A stretch of 64,000 nucleotides of DNA from Balanoglossus misakiensis (taxonomy: Eukaryota; Animalia; Hemichordata). Shown piece by piece: positions 34,901 through 48,300 of this stretch. A model generated the notes under the pieces. That model ran no database searches, was not told the origin of the DNA, and saw only the letters and a list, made by a program, of their open reading frames with translations. Within the stretch, counting starts at the first letter, position 1. Every line of letters begins with the position of its first letter. Location: positions 11,751,912 through 11,815,911 of the forward strand of contig CM082592.2 in assembly GCA_040954595.2 (NCBI GenBank), in the 5' to 3' direction. The position numbers and the translations under genes were made by a program.

Positions 34901-36048
34901 AATGCTCGTGAACTGAACTGAACACCGGTATATCAATGAACATTTTCTCTGAAAGCAATTTATTGATTGCTATTTTCGTAATGCGATACTCAAAGCGATG
35001 ATGCAGTTAAACATTTGTTGTATCCCCCCCTCTTGACGGGAGAATGCAATTACAAGACACTTAAACAACACACTTGTCGCTTTGATGCGCCAAATGACAT
35101 AAAATCGTGTTGTGCGTGCTTACTTTCCCATGACAAATTAACGAAAATGGATAACGTCAATGGGCCGCCGACAAGAGGATTTTCTCCGGCGAGAGTCCTT
35201 GTATTGTAGGAGACAGCGGTGTTGATTAGCTTTGAGTTGTAAAATACGCCGCGAGAAGATGACAGCACTGATATGGAATCTAAAATTAAAACTACTGTAC
35301 GTCTGGTACTTACTCCTCAAACTAAAATTTAGCCAATAACAGTTCTACAACTTTTAAACATTTTAGTTTAGTTTTAGTTTTTCCCCTACACACTACTCGC
35401 CTGATTCAAACTTTTGATATGGAAAGGTGGTAAGAATTCACCCATTTGTACGTTTCCATCAAAACCATTATACTCGTAGAATCATATTTCGTGCACATCA
35501 ACAAAAATGCTAGAGAAATTTATCAAATGTAAAACTACAGAGATATTCGAAAACAGGGTGGTCACGAAGTATTGTTGAAGTTTCAGACTTTTAAAAATGT
35601 ACACACTCACCTGAGATATAGGACGAACGAAAGCAGTGAAAGGACGTACGCTGGTATGACAACGTAGTAACAGGTTGCACATTGATATATGTTATGATGA
35701 TCCCTCATCGATGCCCGCAAGGGGACTCCTTCTGAATGACGAGCGCCACCAACGTTAAGATCACAGGACAATTCCAGTCCATTGCCCATTTCGAATGAAA
35801 GTGTGAAAATGTTGAAATGCAAGCGTAACATATCGTGATTCTTGAAACAGATTATCGAGAAATCATGACCCTGTTTGTATACATTGTATTTATTTTTATT
35901 GAATTCCTTTATTCATGTTGAAACAACTCTTAAAGTAAGATTTATAAAATACATGAACAATGGTGGGCATCATGGTCATGGTCTTCAAGTAGGACGTATC
36001 TAGTCTAACTTGGAAATATCATGGATGTACTCTATTGGCAGTGGAAAT

Positions 36049-38401
36049 CTACTGGTTATACAGTGACCACAAACTGATGTGTTTGTCCTTTGATCCAGCT
36101 GCAATCAATCTTTCTGTGCCAGCTTTCCCCGGTGAGAATGCCAGACACTGGATGTTCTGTTTGTGGTACGAGAGTACAGCCAGTGGTTTTAACTTCTTGA
36201 AGCCGAATATTCTAATCCTGTAGATGGGATAGAAGAGACACAGTAGATATAGAAACTTGTCTGGGCAAATATATATTCCATTGGTGAAGGACATGGACAA
36301 ATAAAAGTAGTTGGTCTCTTTTCCTTTCATATGGAAAATTTTTGTCAGAGACCATAAAGCTTTGCCACTTCTCCATCTTCTGAAATGAACCCAGTTCTTT
36401 TCTGATGTATTTTCCCATCAATTACAACTAGCATCTTCCCGTTAGCTTACCTGGAATCCCAACCTGCTGCAGCCAGGATCTTGTTGTCATTCCGGATCTT
36501 GATGTCGGAGATTCCTGGATTAGTGATCGCTGCCTCACGCTCTACTCGGAGTACCTGTTTGCCAAAAAGAAAAATTGGCCAATCACAAATGTTGTTTCAA
36601 ATGGAATGGATGTTAATTAACTCACCCTGATAAAAAATGTTACAGAAATTGGGTGTTTTTTTCACAAACTGTCTACACACACCGATCTTACCAATTCATC
36701 CAACTTCCAAATGACAATGGTTTCATCTGCTGAGCCGGAAACACCCTTTCCCTGAAGACTGGAATAGTCTAAGCTCATCACTGCAAATGAAAATTTAAAA
36801 CAATGCAATATCACATCATCTTCATATATGGACTCACACAGCGTCACTATTGTCAAAATAACAAAGAGTGCTTAAAAATCACATCATCAAATGCATACTT
36901 TCAGTATCACAAAATAAACACAGATTTTATCCGATTTTTTAACTGACCTGGTTCTTTGTGAACCTTTATTTTGCTTATGACCTTTGACTCTGAGACATCC
37001 CATAATGCTATGCTGCCATCTTCATACCCGGCCAGGAGATGAATTCGCCCATCTTTGGGTGATGAGAAGAGTTGTAACTTCATTACCATGCCTGTTACGA
37101 GAGAGATCTCTAAATTGACCTTGCTTTTGTTCAACAATATGAAAGGAAATGGGTATATTTCATGGGTATATTTACATCCACAATAGTCATGGAAAACTGG
37201 GAAAGACAACGATACCATCTTACCTAAGGCTCTAGTGCCCTCTTGAGGAGTAATAGTCTTGATTTTCCCCGCTGTCGAAACATTAAACATTTCAACTACA
37301 GAGGGCTCCTTACCAGGTACAGCTAGAAGATGATCCTCTCCTGATGGTAATGGATTGAAGTGACAACATCAGCATTGGACACCAAAAAATGTCTTTTACT
37401 CTCTAGTTAGTATAGATTGTGCATTGAATTTTAACAGACCTTGTACAAACCTTGTTGGAGAAATGAGCACTGGCAGAAACCGGCAGATTCATATGATATT
37501 CTTCGGACAACATCTTGTCTGTCTTGTGCTAAGTGCCACACTTTGATCTGACAATCTCTACCTTGGCTGGAATTTGGAAATAAGTGAAATCTGTCAGTTT
37601 GAACATCTCCTGTCTGCATGCAACACTGCTCATGATTTGACACGCTACTTTCACAGCGACTCGGTCTATGCAAGCTTGTGGGGGAGATACAATGATGTTG
37701 AGAGCAGTCGTGTCAACTCTATAGAAGTAGCCAGAAGTGAAATAACAAAATGATCACTGAAGGATGTATTTTCTCTTTTGAAGAGGCAGGGAATGCCACT
37801 TGACTTGAAAAAAGAATGACCCCAAAGTTCACAAAGTGGACATTCCAAGCATTTTAAAGTGAATTCTGTCCTTATGCAGACTGGGCTGGGTATGCATAAT
37901 TGTCAAAGAGAAGTGTTTCAATGGTGATTGAGGACTGTGCTTAACCCAAGTGACAGAAGAAGTCCTGTTCAGTGATTTGAAGAAAGCATGCACAGTCGTG
38001 CTTTTCTCCACAGAAATGTTTCTCACGACTTTCAAAAACTTGTTTCTATTCCCCAGGATGTGCTCACCTTAATATGCTATCTTCTGATATAAAATCACAC
38101 CACAATATTCCAGTCCCGCCATGACCATCTAATGTTGTTTCAGTTCTTCTTGTTTTCAAATTCCAGAGTTTTATTTTACCCGAGGTACATCTACAATAAA
38201 ATAAAACAATGGTATACTATCTCAAGTGAAAATATTCAATGGAAGATGAAGAAATGAAATGCGAATTACAATCCAAACTTACCCAGACATCAATATTGGC
38301 TTTTCTGAATTGAAAGCATTCTTGAAGTTGACTGTGTTTATAGCGCCTTCTGATCCTCTCAAGACAAACACTGGATCGGGAGGAGGTGTGTGACCGGCCA
38401 T
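36049..38401 (-). CDS. GNB1L: G-protein beta-1-like WD40 protein (GNB1L/WDR14, Asa1 homologue), ~326 aa, 8 exons
   Basis: Exons 38401-38283, 38190-38068, 37566-37451, 37340-37224, 37091-36948, 36780-36692, 36554-36451, 36217-36049 (981 nt). Diagnostic segments: PPPDPVFVLRG, SQGRD, LLAGYEDGSIALWD, AAAGWDSRIRIF..KKLKPLAVLSYH, AAGSKDKHISLWSLY. Confidence 0.93.
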
Positions 38402-39335
38402 CACTTGGTAACCAGGAAATGTACACGACCACTGTCACCTGATCATGATGTTGAAATCGACAACAGAGTACGGTGGCCTTGGGCGAGTATGCTCCAACCA
38501 ACTCTGGCCTGCAAATGCGATTTATATTTGTTAACATATAAGACGATAAATGTTTAACGACTGGCATCACCTGTTAGGTCACGATATGATGAGTTTTAAA
38601 ACTCAAATTTGGTGTAAAATGCAATGTACACAATCACAAATATAGTGAATCTAATTCTACAGTTAGATCGGTACACTAAATGAGAAATACAATTGGATTG
38701 TCTGTACACTGCCTCCACAATTACCAATCCTGCCTTATTTTTAAGCGCTTGCCGTGAACACGTATGTTACATTTATAATGTACCTGACAGGTGTCGTCTG
38801 TAATGTGTAGCCGCAGAGGTGATATCAGCTGTCTGCACGCAAATGGGACAACAACAAAGGCCCAGCGAAACTAATACAGATAACAAACTTTGCAGACGTA
38901 CGTTAGGTATCTTTCATGGTACCTGGTATGGTGGAGTATAGCTGTAGAGCTCAGGTTTGTTTTTATTCAATTAATTTTCAAACTCAAGTTTGACAATATG
39001 TTCATACTCTAAGTGGAAATGAACAAGTACGCGGAACGTGATGTTAATTTATCTATACCCATTGACCTCACAAGCGACCTTTTTCTTCTACGCGTGCGCA
39101 TATCCTGGTGGCAATATTTTCAAAGTTGTAACTTGGTTGAGTTCATCGTAGATTATTTCCGAGTGATTTCCAACATCTCTGACGTAGACAAGCCAGGTCA
39201 GGTGCCATTCGCATGCAAATTGATCGGGGGAGGGACCGATAAAATCGATAGCCGTAATTTTATACGAATCCCGTGAAAATGTTCGCGTTGGAACGAGCTA
39301 ACGTTAGTTCACTCGGTGGATCCATACGATCCGAC
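38402..39335. promoter_or_regulatory. Divergent (bidirectional) promoter region between GNB1L and the WD40 gene
   Basis: Start codons lie ~935 bp apart on opposite strands, with CpG-richer sequence near both. Confidence 0.6.
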
Positions 39336-42300
39336 ATGTCAACAACAGTAACACCACGGAGTCGGAAAACATCAGGAGCTGGCGATGCATTCCCTCACAA
39401 AATCGAACCAACGGTCGATGGGAACTTGAAGCTAGCACATACAATGTAAGTTGACCATTTGTATTTCATGGTTTTATTGGGTTTTGGCATTCGTATTAGG
39501 AACAAACTTGATCGGCGACAGAAACGCCGGGACTGTGGGTGTGACAGTGCCGTCAAATGAAGACGCGTCATGTTGATTCTGTTGCCTAGCAACAAGCGTT
39601 GACTGTCATGTTTATTTCGCAGTCTTGTCATTTCTTGTTCTGCATTGGTGAGCTTTAAAAGACGACGACTTCGAATCCACAGGAATGTGATATATTGTCA
39701 CAGTAAACTGGCACAGCGTCATGCTTGTGATCAGAGTGAATGGCCCAGGGCAGACAAGGTCCTGGCTTGATGGAGTTGACGTGATCAATACAATGCACTA
39801 AAATAAAAGTCATGTTGTAATTGGTCATTCAGACTTTATGTGAAGCACACAAACAAGTATATAGCAATTGTATTGTAACTGATAACTGACTAATGATAAA
39901 TGATTTTTGCACAAGTCTTCAAAAATGAAAGAATGGAAACCATTAACAGACAGTCATGCGAGGTATTTTATTTTGGGGAATTTTTTAAAATTAATACTGA
40001 GCATCATGTAGGAATAGCGGAAAAGCAAGCAAACAGGCACCAAACGTGCCAAATTCTTCATACAACCATGTGACATGGAAATGTACATGATATCGCATTT
40101 CTTCCACTGTCAATCAAGGATTGTGCTAGTGATCACTCCAAGCAATTTTCCTGGCATATAGTTAGGCCTTGGTTGGTTGACATTACCTGTGGTAAAGGGC
40201 ATATTTTGATCTCACCAGCTCCTTGTGCACTGGAAAAATAACTGGATTTTACTTGACTTCAAGCACATTCAGTGTGAAGGAAGGACTGAACGTCCTGGCT
40301 TTCTTTAGGGATAATGATGTGCCTTTGTGTTGGGGTAGAGCTAGTTATTTAGAAAAAGAAAATGCAGGCATGCATTGTCGTATGTTGAGGTTAGGTATGT
40401 CGATCTTGTTTTTGTGGTATTGTTTGCAGGCTGTGAACTTGTATGGGGTAAAATAGAGTCTCCACATTCACAATGTCCAACGTTGTGAAGCATTTGATGT
40501 GTTTTGATTGGGTGCGTACAGACCTGGCTTTTCAGACTATACTGACCACAATGGAATTGTGCACAAAAGGTTTTAGAATAACTGGATCTGTAGTGGATGG
40601 ATTTTCGAACCTTAGTAAACTGAAACCAGTTAACCCCAATGGTGTTAGACAGGTTCTTGTTTGGACAATTGGTATCCAAACTGGAAAAGTTGGAACATGA
40701 AACCCACAATGAAATCTACAATGAGACAGTTGTATTGTGATAGGGGTACGCTACAGTAGCTTTGATATATGATCAATTTCGTACCATTCTGGCTTTCAAT
40801 CTTTGCCTACTAGAAGCCTTGCTCAATAGCCACATTTTTTTGCATAATTTGGATGCTTTGAGGTTTTTTTCACCAAGAGATTTGCGTCAGCTTGTTTTCA
40901 GAAACCGCTGAGAAATGGATCAGTATAGTTGAACGTTCAGAAGGAGAGAGAAAAGACATGCATGCTGAACTGGAAACAAGAGACGACAGATGTGAAATAA
41001 CCTGACTGCTGGGTTTTTATCAACAAACACTGGTGTGATCGAAAAGCTCTCATATATCATTGATACAGCTTAATTTCCCAACAGGTATCGGATGTTATTG
41101 TGGTATGTGCTATCATGGTGACTTTTTTATTTTACATCATGTCAATACATACATTGTAAGGTCATCAGTTTTGGGTTCAGATGGAGAAAGAATGCCCTCT
41201 GAACATTAGACCACACAGGGTCAGTGAGTTAAAGTCAGCATCCATCATTTGCATTATGTGTACATGTATTTTCCATAAAATGAGTTCTTTTGGTTTGTAC
41301 TACAACTTACAAGGACATGTCTAAAGTCCAATGATGTGTGCGAGCAGTGGTTTGAATGAAACTGTGACTGTGGCTTGTGAAATAACGATGAACCTATTCT
41401 AAATCACAAAATTGCGTCACTCTGTAGGACCAGTGCAAACATGCCATCATCGTCTGGTAAATTTCAACGAGGTCTGCTAATCTTTTTCATTAAAAATCAA
41501 TATCTCAATAACCTGAGCCCCTTTGGCATTTGCTCCAAGATATGTTTGATGACGCAAAGTCTGGATCCAAATTAACTTTTCTTTTTTCATCTCTGAGGAT
41601 TTTATTGCTTCAGTGCCGAGATTTATAGGAATTTATTGCAGTTTGGTGTAGCTAGCGTTGTATTTGCTTTGGAATTTATTGTGCCCTAGTATTCTCCACT
41701 CCATGTCAGAAAAAGAAGATGGAGTTGATACGTAGCATTAAAATACTGGAAAGTTAGGCAAAAGTTTACTCTATACGTGTACATGTACACGTATAGAAGT
41801 TACTTTTGTCTCTAAATAGCAAAGCATAAATCCATTTATTACACATAAGTGGCATTATCTGTCTGATAATAATCATCGTTTATGTCCAAATTCATTCCTG
41901 TATGCACTGAGCTAACCTTGGCTTTGTGTGTTGGCGGCCCATGCACAAACAACACTATTGATTGCTTCAAATTTGTGTGTATTTTGTTAATGCTTCATTT
42001 CAGTGAGCAAACTCATTAATTACTACAGCATCTGTGGAATTCCCCATTGCCTATTTCATGAACTATTCTCACACAGTTTAAGTTTATTCAACAGTTGATT
42101 AACTTGAGCTTGGTTGAAACCGCGGTGCCTCCTCTTTAAAAAATGCTCAGTCTCTGGACTTTGAGTTTGTGACATCACAAAGTGCTGACAGTGATCACAG
42201 ACTGTGCAGTCGTTTAAAGCCCGATCAGCGAGACGCCACTGCAGAATTTATCGTGGTTGCTAAGACTTTAACTTGACCAAAGATAAAATTTTAACTGGTT

Positions 42301-45300
42301 GTAAAGAATCCAACACAACAATACAATGTGTACTTTGTTTTCTTTCCTGGCTCCATGCATGTAACATGCGTTCTTGTTATTCTTGCCAGACTTCTTCCAT
42401 TCTGCATTAACAATCTCAGAGTGTTATCGCTATACAGCTGCAGCTGGTGCATTTAACTTGTCATAAATATCCACGAAGTGGACACTGACATGACTGCATT
42501 TGAAACTAAGTATTGAAGAATGATTATATTGTTGATTTTGTTTATTTGCATGATAAATGTTTTTGTGATTTTATGGGCTGGTCAACTTGAGTGTCCATAC
42601 TAGTATCCTATATCCGTGTACCTGTATGTACATGTACCTGAACTTGTTTTTGACGGTGTCCTAATAGCAAAGCAGGTCAGAGTGTTCACTGAAAATAAGA
42701 ATTCATTTGCAGTTGGCCTTCATTTAAAGGTGGACAGCATTATCTTGGCATCCAGCACATCCTTTTATTCATCGACACCTGTGTAGTACTGTTCACTGTA
42801 CAGAGGTGATGCGGTACTGTTCGGAGTAAGGGGTGCAAGGGTTTGTATAAGAAGACAGAATGTCAGATTGATATGATCTTGTCATTCGATCAGTGTGACC
42901 AGAATGAATACAAAGTCAACACAGGTGTTCAATATGACAAAATTTGGGATAAATATACATGTACGGGTAGGTGGGTGTTTTGTTCTGGTGGCCCTTATCT
43001 ATATCACTGATATCTCATAGAGGTCAAGTTCAAATTTACGGAGCTTTTTAAATAGAGCTTGTATCTCTACTTAAAATCCATCTACATTGGCTTATTGGCT
43101 CATTAATTGATGATTCTTTGCCATGCATAGTTTCAGATCTAGGTCACAGTCATGGAAACATGAGTGGAGGTCCTGCATGTTTTTCAAAACATGCAAGACA
43201 AATAACGGTTGCAGAAGATCTTCTGTTCCCACCTTTCAAGGATTTCATTGGTTTTCCTATGGCACATACAGTACATGTAAATAGACATTCATGTATTTTA
43301 ACAATTATGAAGAAATTAGAAAGATGTCTGGAATAAAAGTGTAAAGAACAACAGAAAAGTTTACAGGGTCCCTTCCAAGTTTTATTACATTGCTGTTGAT
43401 TGGCTGGAATTCTCTAAGAATTCATACCAAAGTGTGTGTGTGTGTGCATGCATCATTCTATAGATGTGATCATTCTGTCTACTAATACAAGTCGCATTGA
43501 ATGGTAAATGTTGATGAATCCAGTCACACTATAATCAGCGATGAAGTGTTTGCTGTACTTGTAACGGGTTAGGCAACCTGGCTTTTACAGAACAAGCCAA
43601 CAATAAAATCTGGGGCAGGGTTTATTGACAAGTGGATTTCATTTAGGTTTGAATACCAGATGTGCTGAGAGCAGCGTCTGTTGAGTTTTCTAGCGTTGTT
43701 AGTATCCCCACAGCAAATGTTGAGTTTCATCAACACTGCATTACATTTTATGGGACAGAGTACACAGTATACGTACATGTACATAAGTGTGCACAGCTAC
43801 AGAGAATACTGGACAGAGCAAGAGATTAATATAACATTTTACTGTTTATGTGTTCACAACATTCATAATTAATGATGTATACATGCAATTCTTTCTGAAA
43901 CACCTGCGCTATTTCATCTCAGGCAGATATTAAACATAAATGTTGAAACATAAAAAGAAAACAATATTTCAATTTTCATTAATGAAATTTTGCCTGAACT
44001 CTTCACCATCTTTTGTTCAGATTTTTAATCGAAATGGTACTTCCTTCAATGACATTTGAAAATCTCCCCAGGGATTGTTGTTGCTGATAATGTATTTTCC
44101 TGCATTACATTTCTACCATTATTTTACTGAGGTGTATGTTAGATAGTGTCTTTTTATGAAGCCTGTCTGTCCTTTAAGGAATGTCTGACGTCGACATCTT
44201 CATGGTGGAGGGGCTGATGGGGGCTGAAATGTCTTTCTTCTTTTCCTGTGTCAGCTGTTTCAGGAGTTGCTGTCAAGCCTGAGATGTGTCTATCTTATTT
44301 CAGAGATGCCATAAACAGTTCAGATAAATACTCATAGCCTCTGGGCTGGCTGTAACACATGATGACAGTCCAATGTGTGGTTTCCCAACTCTTTGCATGA
44401 CAGCTCTTGAATGTGTAATAGGCCATTCTCTGTTCCGTGTCCTCATGCATGGTGCATTTGTGTTTATAGGTGTAATGACAACTAATATATGGTCATTACA
44501 GACACATTATTAAGAACACCGACCTTGTTTCTGTGAAGGTCAGAGCTTTCCAGTCCTAAACTACGAAATTAAATTCAAATTAACCTTTCCAATCAGGACA
44601 GTTTCGGAGCCACTGTACGAAATGAAGAGACGCTGTTAGGTCTGATAACAGCACTTCGCAGAAGGGACTCTATATAAATCAGCACGTACACCGATATAAA
44701 TTTTTTAATATCCGCTCGGGAACTTGCAGCCGTGGTGACGACAGTTGAGGAAGTGATGGCAATTAGACCAAGCAAGCTGCCTGATAACCATCTAGAGCAT
44801 CTCAACAATCCAGTCAAATACTGCATTATCTTGTCTGCCCGTACCACATTTATTTCCCAATTTGAAGAATGTACGTGTGTCTGTCCACGTTTACTTTAAT
44901 ACTAAGGGCTGTGGATAATTTGAATTTTGAAAGTATGTTCATGAAAAATGTACAACTGTATGTATGCCACTTGTCTGGGCGTGTCTGTTCAGGTATCAGT
45001 CATCAGACTATGTGTATTTTCTGCTAGTGGGAGTGATATCGAGACATGCAAACAGTGGTTAAATTGACTCTTGATATTCTGTGAAAAAGCATCATTCTTC
45101 ATCATTGCTATTTATAAAGTTTACCTCCTGTCGATTCTATTGTGATAGCGACTTTTTGGTCCATTACATTACATGCGTACATGAATGTGTGGCCAAAGTG
45201 ATTATTTGTGACATCTTGCCTCAGTGAACTGAGATCGCTTTCAAAAGATGTAATTTGATTTATCAGGCTTTTGTGTCATGGCTGGCATGTGCTGGTAGTG

Positions 45301-48300
45301 ATTGATAACACCTGTAAGAACTAACATTAGAAGCATAAACAATGGATTTATCAAGATTTATTTCTGACTTCTATGGGCTAGCTGTTCAAGCGTAATTTGC
45401 AGGTTTACTGTACTGTGTTGCTGCCCTCCAAATTGCCATCAACTCTTGGATGTTTATGACCCGAATCAGTAGTTATTTTAAAACCACTCTTGTACCATCT
45501 ACTGTATTGGTGTAAATTTTGTTTTTTTAGAGTGAAAGATTGGGAATCACACAAACAACTAAATCAAAATAGTGATATCCATGTAAGTCTCAGAGAATTT
45601 GATCATGGAATTAAAAAAACAGGATCCGTATGATTTGCGTTTTCCATAGAAAGTAGACATGCATGTAATATTGTATCCAATTTTCCACAACTACATGTAT
45701 GATTACTTTGCATCTTGTTGGTCTTAAGAGAACAGTAAATAAAATTTGACTGCTTTTTAAAAAGTATTTCATTTGACTTTCAAATGACCCAGCCATGCAA
45801 ATATCCGCAAACCCCATGCTGAGCAGTAGACAGGTGATAAATTTTTTCATTTCAAGATTACGGTACAAGCCTTCAAGCATCAACAGTACCATTCAATGTA
45901 ACACACAGTGAAGGAAAGCTTCCTCCAAAGAAAATTACTTTGTTTGACATTTATTTAAATGCTGGAAGTCAAAATAATTGAAGTATATGAGACACATGCT
46001 GATTGATTGATTCAGGTGACGTTTACATCAACTGTTACAAAGTTTGTTTAATCATTATAACTTTGTCATGACCATCCCAGGTGCGGGCCAGGGCTGAAAT
46101 AGTCTTTTCTCATGATAGAACTCCTCCTGAACCATTAGTTCATGAGGAAATTTCTGCTGACCAAATTTCTCAGATGGTAACATGTAACCCTCCCTTTTGT
46201 GTCTTTTGCAACAACTTGAAAAAGTAAATGCCATCCACCAAAACGGGATCCAAGGTACATGGTGTGATGTGAAGTCTTAAAATAATTCTAACAATCAGAG
46301 CTTGTGCAGTGATGCAGTTATCCAATCCCTGGCCTGTCTTGACCATCTTATCCCCTTGTTGTAGTGATGTAGTTCATTGCAGTTATATCCCCATTCAATT
46401 CCCTGATATGATGAACATGTTGATTGTGTGGTTGTATAGGGATGCAATCTGTTCCATTGCAGTGATCAATCCCCAGTATGACCAGCTTAACACCTTGGGG
46501 TGTTGGGCTCCATAGCAGTGATATCCCCATTCCCTGATGTGATTGCTTGTATTTGTGTGTACAGAAATTGGCATGAAATGAACCATGATGTTGCATGCCA
46601 CCGACTTTTAAACCCTGAATAAATCAGTTGTTGCATAAAATGCCATTGTCCCGTGGTTATGCATATTGTGTTTGGTGCAAACTAATGTCTCTTATCTTTT
46701 GGACATTTCTTCAACAGAGAATGCAGTGGTGATGTGATGTGTTGTCGTTACAATGAAGACAGTACTCTTCTCGCTGTAGGTCTCGCAAACGGTGTCATCA
46801 AGGTAATGTGTGATAAATCCTGCCCTAACTCTGCTAATAATATTATTAACCTGAAAACTTCATTTTGAATGAAACCTCCATACTCTCCTTTAATATATAT
46901 CAACTTATTTGTCCTTTCTGTCTCATTTCTGTAGATATATTCTGCAGACAATGGTTCCTTACTGTACAATTTATCCGACCAAGAAATATTGGATTCTAGC
47001 CTGCCATGTACCAGCATTCATTTCCGTCCACACTTGGATGCAGACAAAGGCAAGAACATCCTCATGGCAACGTGTAAGTGATCAAACACAGCAGTTCTTG
47101 CAAGCTGAGAAATGACCACACTGACAGTGGTATGAAAATTATGCACTTGCGTGCCAATTTCATGTCATGGAATACCCTGTTTTGTGATGAAATCATATCC
47201 CAGCTGAAAACCACATTGCAGCATTTATAAGAATCAAGATATTTCCTTCAAATTTCAAGCATACATTTTCATTGCATCATGAAGTCAATGATGATGTACA
47301 TGTAGGTTTCAGCCACTATCATTTGTAACCTTTTGCTTCTACTTAAGGACAGATGCATCCGGCCTGGTGAAATACTGGCATACATCAACAAGCAAATGTC
47401 TGAGCACAATCCACGAACCAAGGCAGACATTGAATGCAGCTTTCAACGTTGCATTGAATCGATTTGTCACCTCCGGATCTGATGACAAGATTTATGTCTA
47501 TGATGAAGCCACTAAGCAACTCATTCAGTCCTGTGAACCAAGGTGTGTGTGACTGCATCGATTATACAATGCAACCCTCCCCTTTGGAGGGGGGGGGGGG
47601 GGTACTTTAAAATGTCTAATGTAGCCTAGCTGGTGCTTTTGTTAAAAAGAAGTTGCATGCTAAAACGCTGTGTTAAAGAGGTGACCCAGTAGGAGATTTT
47701 ATTTGGATCTCTACTGTTTTATATTAAAACATTAAGCTACGATAAATGTTAGTTTTACTGTTGGATTCTAAATTTCTGTCCACATTTTATTCTACTTCTG
47801 CTAGTCCGTCAATGAACATAATGGACGGACACAGATCGCGTGTCTTTGCTGTACAGTTCCACCCGAGAGAAACCTACGAGTTTATATCTGGAGGATGGGA
47901 CGACACTGTTCAATTCTGGGACACAAGAGTACAGCACTCCATCAGGTAATGGAATTACAATTGATCTCGGGGACAACTTATTATCCATATTTTTTTATAT
48001 CAAGGCAGTGTTTCCCGAACAGACAACTTCCATATCCCCCTGGCAAGTAATAACAGAGGGTATAGCAGCCATGGAATATGAATCCTAAATTGTAAAGAAA
48101 AAAATCATTTTATCCTCTTGGTTTTCAAAGACAGTAGTTTGAAACAAAGCTTGAATCGTTTGCATTGTATTAATAACAACTAGGGATGTAAGGATTGGGC
48201 ACAGACTTGAATGCCTGTCTCAATTCTAATTCCTTTGATCACAGGAAATTTGTTGGACCTCACATTTGTGGTGATTCCCTTGACATTGACGCTGATCACA

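Noticed and set aside
35694-35736. Box C/D snoRNA candidate (ATGATGA...CTGA)
   Set aside because: Only ~43 nt, no terminal stem, and not inside a plus-strand host intron.
40450-40710. Nested gene in WD40 intron 1
   Set aside because: Short or stop-riddled frames; at most a decayed LINE-like fragment (TIPLW motif), too weak to annotate.
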